A DNA stretch of 64,000 nt from a virus (lineage: Duplodnaviria; Caudoviricetes): positions 38,912 through 102,911 of IMG/VR virus record IMGVR_UViG_3300033121_001895; one strand, 5' to 3'. Below the pieces are notes generated by a model. The model was given only the letters and a program-made list of their open reading frames with translations. It was not told where the DNA came from and did no database searches. Position 1 is the stretch's first letter, and every line of letters starts with the position of its first letter. A program made the position numbers and the translations under genes. Of the stretch, positions 46,217-56,210 are shown one piece after another.

Positions 46217-47458
46217 TCAGCGTAGATTACCGGCACGATATAGCAGATCTACGGCTTGCCCGGTGGATAGTCCAGCAGCTGTGGCGGCTTTCACGAAACC
46301 CATAACGTAAGCCTTCTTTTCCACGGTAAACTTCGCTTTCTGTCCACTCTTGCCTTCACGAGAAAGAGACCAAGCATGCTCGCCCCAGGCCTTAGTCTGC
46401 TCATCTGATAGTCCACGAAGACGCTTGAGGACAATAGGCTTTTGGCTATTATCGAAAGACTCGGGAGTATTCGGATCGTGGGTTGTACAATCAGCCTTTT
46501 TCTTAAAATCAAACTCTCCACCTGAGGCATAAAGGCTCATCAGGTGTTTCAAAGCGGTAGAATCTTGCGAAGTCATAGTTACAGGAGTCGGTTTGCCACG
46601 AGAATCAGGTTGGTGTATTCCGGCCTGATGCATTTGGTTACGGGCGTACAAGTCATTTAGCTGGTCAGCCATGGAGCTGGTTTCGGGCTGCGGTTTCCAC
46701 TGTTTATGGCGATAATTCTTACGACCACCAGCCAGCAGCAAACCAAGTCTTTGTTTCATAGACGGCGAAGCTAGGAGAGGCTTGAGTGCCGCTTGCCGCT
46801 TAGCTTGGTGGCCTGCGAATTCGTCGCTGCCAAAGAACGTTGGAAAGCTTGGGGATTCATTGCTGAAAGGATCGTGCGTTGTGACATTGGCTTGTTTCGT
46901 ATTACTTCTCTTTCCGCCGTAGACTGCGGAGCCAACCATGTCACCAAAAGGCAAAGCCGTAGAAAGCGGATGATCTGCCTTCATGTTTCGTGCGGCACGC
47001 TGACTGTCTTCACTGGTGTGACTTGCTACAAATTTATCATAAGCACCTGATAGCCCGCCAGAGATACCTGCGACTGCCGGGAGCATCGCTCCTCCGAGCA
47101 TTAGACCATCACCGATCGACCGAGCATCAGAACTCCCAGCGAACCGGTTAAGGCCTGCCCCGAGAAGGGCAGTTACAAGTCCAGCACCTAAACCAAACTT
47201 AACACCTGAACCTCCGCGACGCATCGCTGCCTGTCCGTAGGACTCCGAGTTCAATCGCTTAAACGGATCGCTCTCTTTTGCTTCGAGTCCTCCGCCTACG
47301 TCAGCGCCCACACTGGCGGCTATGCTGCCAGCATAAGGTGCACCAGCCAAAAGCCCCAAACCGACGGGATGGTCGTTACTGTATTCACGAGGAATTGCTC
47401 CACTCGCAAAATAAGCCCCAATTCGACTCGCCTCCTTCAAAAATGCTTCTTTGTTCAT
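46217..47458 (-). CDS. putative internal head polyprotein with glycine-zipper helices
   Basis: GxxxG segments, two TTHDP repeats after KxA, C-terminal AYVMGFVKAA module. Confidence 0.7.
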   Translation of the reverse strand: MNKEAFLKEASRIGAYFASGAIPREYSNDHPVGLGLLAGAPYAGSIAASVGADVGGGLEAKESDPFKRLNSESYGQAAMRRGGSGVKFGLGAGLVTALLGAGLNRFAGSSDARSIGDGLMLGGAMLPAVAGISGGLSGAYDKFVASHTSEDSQRAARNMKADHPLSTALPFGDMVGSAVYGGKRSNTKQANVTTHDPFSNESPSFPTFFGSDEFAGHQAKRQAALKPLLASPSMKQRLGLLLAGGRKNYRHKQWKPQPETSSMADQLNDLYARNQMHQAGIHQPDSRGKPTPVTMTSQDSTALKHLMSLYASGGEFDFKKKADCTTHDPNTPESFDNSQKPIVLKRLRGLSDEQTKAWGEHAWSLSREGKSGQKAKFTVEKKAYVMGFVKAATAAGLSTGQAVDLLYRAGNLR

Positions 47459-47460
47459 GG

Positions 47461-48852
47461 TTATCTATTTTGAATGAGGACGTTCCACAATACCTCATCA
47501 GTCAACTTACCTTGCTCCTGCATATGTTGCAGCGCTGCCAACTTATAAGTAGCGTACACTTCCGCCAGCTTTTCATCAGCCCGGTTCTTGGTAGGAGCCT
47601 CTTTAGCCTTCAAGTCGGTATCATCCCCTTTAGGTCCTAGCTCAATCGTAATACGCATTACCCGGCGAACCGAAGGCTCACCATTTAGAGAATGACCATC
47701 GACTAACTTTGCCACCAGATCTTTCAACCCCTTTGGCAATAGGTCCATTGAGGCAGGGTCGAATTTTTCGTTGTTCACAACATCCGCGTTGCCCTCTTCC
47801 TCTAACTTGGAAAAGATACCAGGAAGGTGTGTTTTCATGCCTGAGGCAACTTCACCGTTTGCACGGTTGCCGAACAGGTATTTCGTAAATTCGTCAGGGC
47901 CAAGTACCACTCCGTGGTCAGCCATTCCACGAAACGCCTTATCTGGATCGTGTTTGCGCAATTCGTCCATGTCCTTATCAGCAATAGGTGGAGACTTCTT
48001 CAGTCGTGCCTGTCGCTTAAGGAACATGTCCTTGGAAGTATTCTTGCCTTTTCCTTGTGCCACAGCTTCCACGTGCTTCTCCATCTCCGCCAGCTTACGA
48101 AGCAACTCACGCTTGTCGGTCGCCTTCTTTGAGATGATAAACTCGTCCTCAGGCGGTTGGAAGCCTGTATAAAGCTGTAGGTAATCAGACGGTAACATCG
48201 GCTTGATGCGTTGGTCTGAGGCGAGTTTTAACGACAAACCAATACGATCAGCGCCACGCCCTACGTGCGATATCTCGAACCATTTCGGGTGAGGGTTGAT
48301 CATACCACACATCACGCCCTGCTTATTCAACTCGCCGATTTTGCCGGGAATGCACTCACAACGATCCTTGTCAGTCTTGGCTTTGTGGCCACACCAGGTA
48401 CAGACGTCATACGCCTGCTTGGACGCCATTGACCAACTAGTCTGCCCTTTCTTTTCCTGCTCGTCCAGGATGTCTGAGCATTTATCGTCGTCGAGGCCAA
48501 CAATCAACTCCACGCGCCGCATTGCCTCGTTATATGCTGAGGCCTTAATGGTACCGTATTTAGGATCGTTGGGTTTATTCTTGTGATGGCGGTGGACTGC
48601 GCGTCCCGCCTCCTTGAACATGTGATGGTTCTTACGGCAATCCTCTTCGAGAAACGCATCGCCATTGCGATTAAACCCGGTACCTTCATAGGCACCGAGT
48701 GCAATGATGTGCAGGTCAGTTTGACCTGGTGTTTTCTCGAACTTCAACAGCTCTTTCGCCGAGGCTCGCTTTGTTAACGAGCTGTTCTCTGTGACAATAG
48801 AGACTGACGAAATATCGAAGTTGAAGTCGGTATTTGCCGTGAACTTAATCAT
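47461..48852 (-). CDS. prohead maturation protease (start revised to MIKF)
   Basis: NRNGDAF, HRHHKNK, GTI...YN..M.RVEL, SMAS...DVCTWCGH..CEC, FEISHV..GADRI match the HK97/herpes-type phage protease pattern with a Cys insert. Confidence 0.78.
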   Translation of the reverse strand: MIKFTANTDFNFDISSVSIVTENSSLTKRASAKELLKFEKTPGQTDLHIIALGAYEGTGFNRNGDAFLEEDCRKNHHMFKEAGRAVHRHHKNKPNDPKYGTIKASAYNEAMRRVELIVGLDDDKCSDILDEQEKKGQTSWSMASKQAYDVCTWCGHKAKTDKDRCECIPGKIGELNKQGVMCGMINPHPKWFEISHVGRGADRIGLSLKLASDQRIKPMLPSDYLQLYTGFQPPEDEFIISKKATDKRELLRKLAEMEKHVEAVAQGKGKNTSKDMFLKRQARLKKSPPIADKDMDELRKHDPDKAFRGMADHGVVLGPDEFTKYLFGNRANGEVASGMKTHLPGIFSKLEEEGNADVVNNEKFDPASMDLLPKGLKDLVAKLVDGHSLNGEPSVRRVMRITIELGPKGDDTDLKAKEAPTKNRADEKLAEVYATYKLAALQHMQEQGKLTDEVLWNVLIQNR

Positions 48853-48853
48853 A

Positions 48854-49789
48854 TTAGTAGGACGGCTTTGAAAGCTCGTTGATTTTGTGTGCGGCCGGGT
48901 AAGCCAATGCACCAACGCTCGCACGGCCGAGCAAGCTCTTCAGTCTGGAATTTCTGATGATTGCACCAGCCGGCTGATTCTCCAACACATCTTGTTGAAT
49001 AAACGGAAATGCTGTAGTACCTGGGTTAGCTCGCTGTTGCAGAAGCTGCTTGATAACGTCTTCACCAGAAGTCCGACCTGCACCACCATCAAACATTTTC
49101 CCACGCAAAGAGCGCAAGGCGTCAGCAACAGCACTCTCTCCCGTCGCAACATTCAGACCCAAACGACGAAGCAGTGGCTTCTGGCTCCATTGACCTAGCG
49201 TCGACTGGTTGGCGGTCATACGGTCAATGATTGACCGGATGTCGTTTTGTCGACCACTGCTCAAAATCTCAGCAGGAGCTGCGCCATTAGGCTTAGAATG
49301 CAGGTCGATGAGCTCTTTGAGTTTTGTTTGCAGCTCGTCGATCGACTTGCCTCCCTGGGTGCCACCTTTACCAAAAATCGTCTTCCCTAACACCGTGCTG
49401 CCTGCGTTTTGGGCCTGCGAAACTACTGCATGACCGGCCGTGGCAATACCAGCACCAGCAAGCGCACGTGATCCTTCAGCGCGGTTTAGCAGTCTCCCCA
49501 ACCATCCTGCTCCTCCACCAGGTTGATTCGCATGTTGGTAGGCTGTGCCAAGACCGACACCACCAACGCCACCGAGCACACCTCCGAGAAGAAGGTTGCG
49601 CTTCATGTCGTTAGAGCGTGTCTCTTCATCTGGCTCGTTTGATAACGCAGAAACGCCGCCAAGAGAGGCAGCGCCCAAACCTGCACCGGCGAGACCGCCA
49701 ATTAGCTGTGGTTTGTATGCATCCCAAAATTTCGACAAGGTCGCTTTGGAAGGCATTGACGGGATTGCAGGCATCGAAGGCAAGGTCAT
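48854..49789 (-). CDS. glycine-zipper membrane-active protein
   Basis: LIGGLAGAGLGAASLGG and NLLLGGVLGGVGGVGLG forming a hairpin around an acidic loop. Confidence 0.68.
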   Translation of the reverse strand: MTLPSMPAIPSMPSKATLSKFWDAYKPQLIGGLAGAGLGAASLGGVSALSNEPDEETRSNDMKRNLLLGGVLGGVGGVGLGTAYQHANQPGGGAGWLGRLLNRAEGSRALAGAGIATAGHAVVSQAQNAGSTVLGKTIFGKGGTQGGKSIDELQTKLKELIDLHSKPNGAAPAEILSSGRQNDIRSIIDRMTANQSTLGQWSQKPLLRRLGLNVATGESAVADALRSLRGKMFDGGAGRTSGEDVIKQLLQQRANPGTTAFPFIQQDVLENQPAGAIIRNSRLKSLLGRASVGALAYPAAHKINELSKPSY

Positions 49790-49792
49790 AAA

Positions 49793-50401
49793 TTATGGCT
49801 GGTAAACAGTTTCCCTGGTTAAGTCAGTGGTCGTAGTATCCAATGCACGCAATGCAGTGAGCGCGGCTGCGACATTTGACTCGATTTGATTTACGTACAA
49901 CGTAGCCAGAGCAGACAAGGACGTATCGCCTGGAGCAATTGTATTGATACGACGGGTGTAAGGAAAACCCGACAAGAGCTTCACTTTTTGTGAAGGGTAG
50001 GTGGTGACGTGGCTACCGCTGAGGATACGCACCAACGTGTCGTTGGAATAACCTGTTCCTCCAGCAGAGACGGTAACGGAGGCGAGCTGGCCATTTCCAT
50101 TCAATACCGCCACAAAAGTAGCCCCACTGCCGGATGTTCCTGTAGTGCCGAAGGTGATGGCTTTCTGTGCACTGTATGTAAAGTTGGCACCGGGGGTGGC
50201 GACTGGTACAACCGTAATTGCTCCGCCAGCTATGGTCGGCGCGCCTAAGGTTGCATCTTGGAAAAAGGTACCACCTACCTCAATTTCCGGCTCACCAAAC
50301 TTCGTCATCAATTCAACATCCCGGCTGTCCGCCTCTAGAGCGAAGCGAATAAAAAGGTCCCCATTCTGATGACTCTGGATGACTCGTAGTTTTGTGCTCA
50401 T
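49793..50401 (-). CDS. virion structural protein with beta-rich insert
   Basis: GSGATFVAVL..GQLASVTVSAGGTGYS is a repeat type common in phage virion proteins. Confidence 0.6.
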   Translation of the reverse strand: MSTKLRVIQSHQNGDLFIRFALEADSRDVELMTKFGEPEIEVGGTFFQDATLGAPTIAGGAITVVPVATPGANFTYSAQKAITFGTTGTSGSGATFVAVLNGNGQLASVTVSAGGTGYSNDTLVRILSGSHVTTYPSQKVKLLSGFPYTRRINTIAPGDTSLSALATLYVNQIESNVAAALTALRALDTTTTDLTRETVYQP

Positions 50402-50404
50402 TGA

Positions 50405-51766
50405 TTACTTCTCCTCCTTGATCGGCTTACCGGTCTCCATTTGCTTTTGCTTGAGCAATTTGGTGTTAGCATCCATAAGCTGGGCACCATCAAAAGCAGT
50501 CATGGCCTGAGATGCGACCATTTGACGTAGATGACTACGGACAATTTCCTTCTCGCCAGAGAGCTCAGGGGCCAAGCGAATAAACTGCTCGTACGCGTCA
50601 GTCACACGCTTAGGCTCATAGGTCTTCAAAATGGGGTCCGCCACCATCAGGTTCTGAAGGAGTAACTTACGGTCAAGATTTCCTGAAGCTCCTGAACCTC
50701 CGGATGATGGTGTAGCTTCGCGTTTATATTGGTCAGCAAAAGCACTAAACAACGCACCAGGGATTCCACCAGCGATACCGGCTGCAGTCTTTTCACGCTC
50801 AGCGATCTTGATTTTTGCAGCACGCATCACAGGGTCGGTCTCTTCTTCCTCTGATGCAACTTTCTCCGGAGCGGGTTCATCGGTTGACGGTTCCTCAGCA
50901 GCATCCTGGCGCCGGCGATCGGCCAATGCCTGATAAGCTGTAGCACGTTTCACGTTGATCTCAGCTAAGTCAGTCGCGGCTTCAGCTAGTTTAGTGTTTG
51001 CCTCTACAAACGTTTCGGCTGCCTTGAGGAATTCTCCAAAGCGCAAAGTTTCTGGAGCATCATCGAACGCCACATACTTGGCGTCATGTTCCCCGCGCGG
51101 TTCTGTGCCACCAGCGGCCTTGTGCATCAGGTCCACATACGGCATGGCGTTTTCGCCATACCTGGAAAATACTTGCGACTCGAACTCGGCGAACGGAGTA
51201 CGAGCAGCGGCTTCCTTACTCCAGTGATTTACAAGGTTCGAGAATTTATTAGCTACCGCGAGCTTCGCGCCGATAGCTTCAGTGCGACAGTCGTCCAAAT
51301 GCTGCTCCATGTTCATTCGCGCGAAGCCAGCCTTCTCGCAAATACCCTGGTCAGACATCCTGCGTACTTCCTCCTGGACATTCGATAGCTTTGCCAGTTG
51401 CCCCTGCAGCTGGACATCGTGCTTCGCACGGCGAAAATTCGGTACTTCCTCTTCAACCATGGCGCCAGAAAACCACTGAGACTTCTTCTCGTTGATTGTA
51501 GGCTCAGCGTTCGGGAAAATCTCCGCGCTAACCTTCTGGGCGTCGACGATTGGAAAATCAACATCACGAGCAGCCGCGTTCTTACGGAAATGTTCGTAGG
51601 TCAGTGCCACGTTGATGACTTCACAGGCACGTTTGATGAAGTGGACGTTCAAGTCCATGTCACGGGCGGTCTTCACGACTGCCGCATGAGGCGGGAGCTT
51701 GTCCGAGTTTATCGAATGTACGATATCGTCGACAGCTGCCTTTAACAGTTTGTTGGGGTCTTGCAT
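50405..51766 (-). CDS. KxA-rich putative head core/internal protein
   Basis: 453 aa, helical, about 12 KxA motifs; small Gly-rich helix after EKTA. Confidence 0.7.
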   Translation of the reverse strand: MQDPNKLLKAAVDDIVHSINSDKLPPHAAVVKTARDMDLNVHFIKRACEVINVALTYEHFRKNAAARDVDFPIVDAQKVSAEIFPNAEPTINEKKSQWFSGAMVEEEVPNFRRAKHDVQLQGQLAKLSNVQEEVRRMSDQGICEKAGFARMNMEQHLDDCRTEAIGAKLAVANKFSNLVNHWSKEAAARTPFAEFESQVFSRYGENAMPYVDLMHKAAGGTEPRGEHDAKYVAFDDAPETLRFGEFLKAAETFVEANTKLAEAATDLAEINVKRATAYQALADRRRQDAAEEPSTDEPAPEKVASEEEETDPVMRAAKIKIAEREKTAAGIAGGIPGALFSAFADQYKREATPSSGGSGASGNLDRKLLLQNLMVADPILKTYEPKRVTDAYEQFIRLAPELSGEKEIVRSHLRQMVASQAMTAFDGAQLMDANTKLLKQKQMETGKPIKEEK

Positions 51767-51788
51767 AGCGTCAAATCCACTTACGATT

Positions 51789-51817
51789 ATGTTATTCGTT
51801 CAAGTCGACGAGTTCAA
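51789..51817 (-). promoter_or_regulatory. sigma70-like promoter
   Basis: TTGAAC-N17-TAACAT. Confidence 0.55.
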
Positions 51818-51819
51818 TC

Positions 51820-52902
51820 CTATTTTACCTTCGATAGATCAAACACCGTCCTGTAACGAGGCTCATTATCCTGGCGAGCCAATGAGGAAATAGCACTCTG
51901 AATAAGCTTGAGGTCTTCTGACTGCATTTCCTGTACCTTACCTTCGTTGAGCTCCTTGCTGATCTTCTGTACCTGCATCTCCAACAGCCTCTGCTCCTGC
52001 TGGCGCACTTTTACTTCTTCACGTTGTAGGTCGAGACGTACTAGGTCACCTACAACTCGATTGTAGATCAGGGCGTCACGCGGCGTCCTGGTGGCAAATT
52101 GTACGTTAAACGTGTTGGTCATCGCGGTCTTGGTCAGGTAATCCCTGACTGTCAACCTCTCACCATCATCAAGAAACGCTCCTGCTACCTGTGCCTTTAG
52201 TCCAAGAGGACCCAACTCATGCACACGCTTGTACAGAGCAAATTCATCTGGCTTAATATCGCCGTTGTTTACCCACTGAACGAGTGTCGCCCATTGCGCA
52301 ACAGGGTTGGCAGGCAACGCTGAGAAATCGAAGAAGAGCATCCGCAGCGCCGTGATCGTGCCAGGGCTGAAGTTCCATTCTTTGGCGATTTCGGCGTCTG
52401 GTACCTTCGCGAAGATCAAATGCCCAATATAGCGTTTAATCTGCTCGTAGTCGTCGTTCAAATGAAGACGCAGCGCGGCGTCCACATCTGCCGAATGTTC
52501 CAAGTTGGTGACATGAGCAACAATCTTCTTCAACCATGGGTCTGGCAGTCGGTCCAACTTCTTACCACTCCAACTGACCAGGTTCTCATACTGCTCGATA
52601 TTTTCTATGGTCAGTTTCGGCAGTCTCTGTTTCTTCCATGCGCGCTTCCAGGTAGTCAACAGCCGTTCAGCTAAGACGGCAGGAAGCCTACGGGAAAGAG
52701 TTTGTACTGACGAGGGAACGACATAGTTCACCCGGCAGTCCAGGCCTTTTTTCGTAAGACGGCGTAGGCAGCCCGCGTTGTCAACCTTCCGAGAACAGAA
52801 ACTGCGAAACCCGTACTTGTCGGGGTTTCGCAGGGCATCGTAACGCCATGCCGGACGTTGAAACGGGGTTCCTAACCTTCTGGTAGGAACACTCGCTCTC
52901 AT
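51820..52902 (-). CDS. hypothetical protein with HTH-like segment and coiled coil
   Basis: LIFAKVPDAEIAKEWNFSPGTITALRMLFFDF; C-terminal heptads. Confidence 0.65.
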   Translation of the reverse strand: MRASVPTRRLGTPFQRPAWRYDALRNPDKYGFRSFCSRKVDNAGCLRRLTKKGLDCRVNYVVPSSVQTLSRRLPAVLAERLLTTWKRAWKKQRLPKLTIENIEQYENLVSWSGKKLDRLPDPWLKKIVAHVTNLEHSADVDAALRLHLNDDYEQIKRYIGHLIFAKVPDAEIAKEWNFSPGTITALRMLFFDFSALPANPVAQWATLVQWVNNGDIKPDEFALYKRVHELGPLGLKAQVAGAFLDDGERLTVRDYLTKTAMTNTFNVQFATRTPRDALIYNRVVGDLVRLDLQREEVKVRQQEQRLLEMQVQKISKELNEGKVQEMQSEDLKLIQSAISSLARQDNEPRYRTVFDLSKVK

Positions 52903-52908
52903 AAGTCC

Positions 52909-53478
52909 TTAGCCTTGCGGTCCGCCGACAGGAGGTTTACCTGGCGGAGGCGTTGGTGGACCTGGAGGAGGTCCTCCGGCTTGGCCACCACCTGGAGGTC
53001 CGCCTGCTTGGCCGCCTCCTTGTGACAATAGCTGTTGCAACAGTGCAGGGTCGATCTGTCCACCGGGGCCTTCGACACCGCCACCTGGATCTTCTACGCC
53101 ACCGGCATCTCCGCCACCACCTTGCTGTGCTTCCAGCAATGCAACAACTGCAGCATGAAGCTTCTCTTCTGCTGAATTGCCGGGTAGGGCTTCCAAAAGC
53201 TGCTGGATCTGTTGCTCTTCCGGCGCGCCTTCGGGGACAAACCCTGGCCCCGGGCCAGCAACAGGATCGACTTCTCCGCCACCGTCGTCACCAGGAGGTC
53301 CTCCTGGCGGCATGGCTCCGGCGGCATACTTCATCCATGCGACCTTTTCATTTGCGGAAAGAGGGGACGCGGCAACCGCACGAACAAACCCTAGCGCGAA
53401 CGCGCGCTTGGTACGTGGTTTATTATCTGGCATACTTGGGAATTTGAATGACTTGGATTGGGCTGTGTAAAACGACAT
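52909..53478 (-). CDS. Pro/Gly/Gln-rich low-complexity protein
   Basis: AAGGAG leader; AFALGFVR...MKYA module followed by GGPP repeats. Confidence 0.68.
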   Translation of the reverse strand: MSFYTAQSKSFKFPSMPDNKPRTKRAFALGFVRAVAASPLSANEKVAWMKYAAGAMPPGGPPGDDGGGEVDPVAGPGPGFVPEGAPEEQQIQQLLEALPGNSAEEKLHAAVVALLEAQQGGGGDAGGVEDPGGGVEGPGGQIDPALLQQLLSQGGGQAGGPPGGGQAGGPPPGPPTPPPGKPPVGGPQG

Positions 53479-53486
53479 GGTACTCC

Positions 53487-53918
53487 TTACATTGTTGGTG
53501 CGGGGGCAGCGGCCGGAGTCACCGGCTTATTCAGTACGCTGTTCACGGAGCTTGGAGGGGCCGAGCTCACTGAATTATTTACGCCTCCCAACCCGGTCTG
53601 GTTGATGTTGAAACCGAAATTCGAACTGGTCGCCTGCCCGGAACCTAAGCTTCCAAGCCCGCCTCCTGAGCCGAGGCTACCTGCCGCGCCTAGTCCACCG
53701 GATGCCCCAGGATTATTACCCGGCATTGGGAAAAGCTTGGAAGGTTGCATAGAGTCCACAATCGGAGGATTTGGATTCACTGGCTTTGGTGGCGAAAATG
53801 ATGGTGTCTGAAAAGCACCAGTCTGCATGGCGTATTTCAATACGTCAAGTGCCTCACCGAGAGTGCAGCCATTCGCTTGCGCCTCTTTCAGGAAGCCGTT
53901 GATAAATGCTTGAGTCAT
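53487..53918 (-). CDS. Gly/Ser/Pro-rich low-complexity protein
   Basis: N-terminal AFINGFLKEAQANG...LKYA module followed by a disordered tail. Confidence 0.68.
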   Translation of the reverse strand: MTQAFINGFLKEAQANGCTLGEALDVLKYAMQTGAFQTPSFSPPKPVNPNPPIVDSMQPSKLFPMPGNNPGASGGLGAAGSLGSGGGLGSLGSGQATSSNFGFNINQTGLGGVNNSVSSAPPSSVNSVLNKPVTPAAAPAPTM

Positions 53919-53921
53919 AAA

Positions 53922-56147
53922 TTATCCTCCCTCGCTTGTGTCTTGCTCGTTTACGTTAATTGAGACATCAGGGAATTTGCGTTTCAAGAAGACTACCAGG
54001 TCGCCCAGGTTTTTGAAAACATTCTTAATCAGCTCGATCAACTCAGGGAGCTCGTCAACGCCGTACATCTTCTGGAACTTGTCGGTTTCCCAGTAGATCA
54101 TAAACAGCATGCGCCCGAGCTTATCAAGGGTATCTACGAAGTCAGGTAGGTAGCTGATAACCTTGCTGGTCGGGTCGATGTACTTGGACAACATCGCAAT
54201 CGCGCTGGTGTCAAAGATTTCCTTCTGCCCACTGGCTGCCATTTGTGCAGCTCCTTGGGCATCCTGCTTTGCGCGCCCCCAACCTCCCTGGTCAGCTTCC
54301 GTTGTAGCAATACCACGCTGCGTTGGATCGCCTTGGTAGTAATGATCGGTCGGGGCAACAGCCTGATATGGAATGCCGAAAGTTGTTGGCTGCCCCAGCT
54401 CATTGTAGGACTCGGGCTCATCATGCAACGTGTGCGTGAAATCACCAGTCACAGCTTTCTTAATATAGCCAGTAACCGAGCGTTCACCTGCAAGCGAATC
54501 AACCAACTCCACAGCGTCGGCTTCATCGAGGCCAAAGTCAATGACCATGCCGATCTTCGCCTTGATCGGGTCGTCATATTTCTTCATGGCGGCACCAACA
54601 CTGGCGAAGTATTCGCTGCCATTGCTGCGTGCCGTAAATGGAAAAATGCCGTTCTCTCGCAGGAAACTTGTGAGGTCACTCAACGTACCTGGACGACCCT
54701 GGCGCAAGCGCTCGTCTTCTTTACGTGCAGCCTCGAGTTTCTTAGCACGGGATTCAGCGGTATCCTTGCTATCCCATTCGACATTGGTGTAAGTCGATGT
54801 GAACACCTCCAACAGCTTAAAGCCTTTCGGCACGTAAACAACGTTTCCGCGGTATTCGAGGGAGTCACTTTCCCGTTTTGTAAATACCAGCGTGATGGCG
54901 TGGCTATCTTTTTGCTTGGGGAAAAATTGGTTTGCTTGCGCCCAACGACGGCTATCTCTCTCTTGAGCGTAAGACGTCGGACCGCAAGGAGCCTCGCAAC
55001 CGCCACCGTACTCAGGTTCCACCTTTAGTCGACGGAGTTTACGATCGTCCACATAATTCATCATTACGCGAAAAGGCTCAGTCGACTTGAGCTGTTCGTT
55101 GATCAAGATGTAGGTTCGGTCAAACGAGGTGCAAGCCTCGACAGGATTCTCCAGCATCCGATGCACGACGGAGTAATCAGCTACAGTGATTACCTCGCGA
55201 ACAAACACTGGTGCGCCATTTCGTACAATATGGCATTGGCCTGGACGTACAGCCTGCAAGTCTATCACGAGTTGTTTATCCGTCCTGAAATTAGCGTACA
55301 AAGACTGAGGCTGAAGGAGCAGGCCGTAACGCAGCGTGCCGAGGGAGGTAAGATATGAGTAAAACCCTGGCTGCGAAGGATTTGTAAACTTGTCAGTGTA
55401 CGAGACCAGACCGTACTGGCTTTTCGCATCTTCCTTCCGGCGGTCAACGATAGCATAACCGTTTGTCATCGCCTTGGCCTTAAGCTCCGGCGGTGCACTC
55501 TTGGCGGCATAAACCTCTACCGCGCTAGGAGCGGCTGTCTTTTCGTTGGGCTTCAAAGCTGCCGCGATCCGCTCAGGCTCGTAAAACCGGTGTAGAGCTT
55601 CGGTAAACTCAGGGTGCTCGTTCATTAGCCCCCAGGCAGCGGCCTTAATGTTGTCGTCACCATCTGCAATAAAATCAATCACAGAGGCGTAGGAGATACG
55701 CCCGGTGCGAGGAGGAAACACCAGATCACGCATATCTGCGTTCGGGGTCTGCTTCTCGATGTCCTTGCGAGATTGCTCAGAAACGCCACCAAGACCTGTG
55801 GTATCGTCCTTCAAAAACAACTCAGCATAGTCCTCATTTAACGGGTAAAACTGGTTATTGTTTCTGGAATACATGACATCCAGATCCTTCACCTTACCGT
55901 TGATGAAGAATGCTGGAACGTAAATAATCTGCCCGTTGTCGGACTTGAAGCCAAACACGCCTACGGCCTTTGTACCATCAGAAGCCTTGGTAACAATCTC
56001 GAAGCCGACCATGTGAGGGAGCAGATTGTACAGCTTGCTCTGCAGCTTGTCGTAGGCTAGCTGGAAAAAGCCCTGCTCAAATTGCTGGTCAGGGGAACCT
56101 TGTGGAGGTGCTCCTGCTGCTGCGGCCTTGATTGTTTTCATGTCCAT
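53922..56147 (-). CDS. large hypothetical protein, probably virion associated
   Basis: 741 aa; N-terminal IKAA and internal EKTAA; next to the RNAP genes. Confidence 0.72.
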   Translation of the reverse strand: MDMKTIKAAAAGAPPQGSPDQQFEQGFFQLAYDKLQSKLYNLLPHMVGFEIVTKASDGTKAVGVFGFKSDNGQIIYVPAFFINGKVKDLDVMYSRNNNQFYPLNEDYAELFLKDDTTGLGGVSEQSRKDIEKQTPNADMRDLVFPPRTGRISYASVIDFIADGDDNIKAAAWGLMNEHPEFTEALHRFYEPERIAAALKPNEKTAAPSAVEVYAAKSAPPELKAKAMTNGYAIVDRRKEDAKSQYGLVSYTDKFTNPSQPGFYSYLTSLGTLRYGLLLQPQSLYANFRTDKQLVIDLQAVRPGQCHIVRNGAPVFVREVITVADYSVVHRMLENPVEACTSFDRTYILINEQLKSTEPFRVMMNYVDDRKLRRLKVEPEYGGGCEAPCGPTSYAQERDSRRWAQANQFFPKQKDSHAITLVFTKRESDSLEYRGNVVYVPKGFKLLEVFTSTYTNVEWDSKDTAESRAKKLEAARKEDERLRQGRPGTLSDLTSFLRENGIFPFTARSNGSEYFASVGAAMKKYDDPIKAKIGMVIDFGLDEADAVELVDSLAGERSVTGYIKKAVTGDFTHTLHDEPESYNELGQPTTFGIPYQAVAPTDHYYQGDPTQRGIATTEADQGGWGRAKQDAQGAAQMAASGQKEIFDTSAIAMLSKYIDPTSKVISYLPDFVDTLDKLGRMLFMIYWETDKFQKMYGVDELPELIELIKNVFKNLGDLVVFLKRKFPDVSINVNEQDTSEGG

Positions 56148-56168
56148 AGTTCCGGGTCGTTAAAGCCA

Positions 56169-56197
56169 ATCATATGCAATCTAGAAGGAAAGTGCAA
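56169..56197 (-). promoter_or_regulatory. sigma70-like promoter
   Basis: TTGCAC-N17-TATGAT. Confidence 0.65.
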
Positions 56198-56210
56198 TAA
56201 TTTGCTTGCA

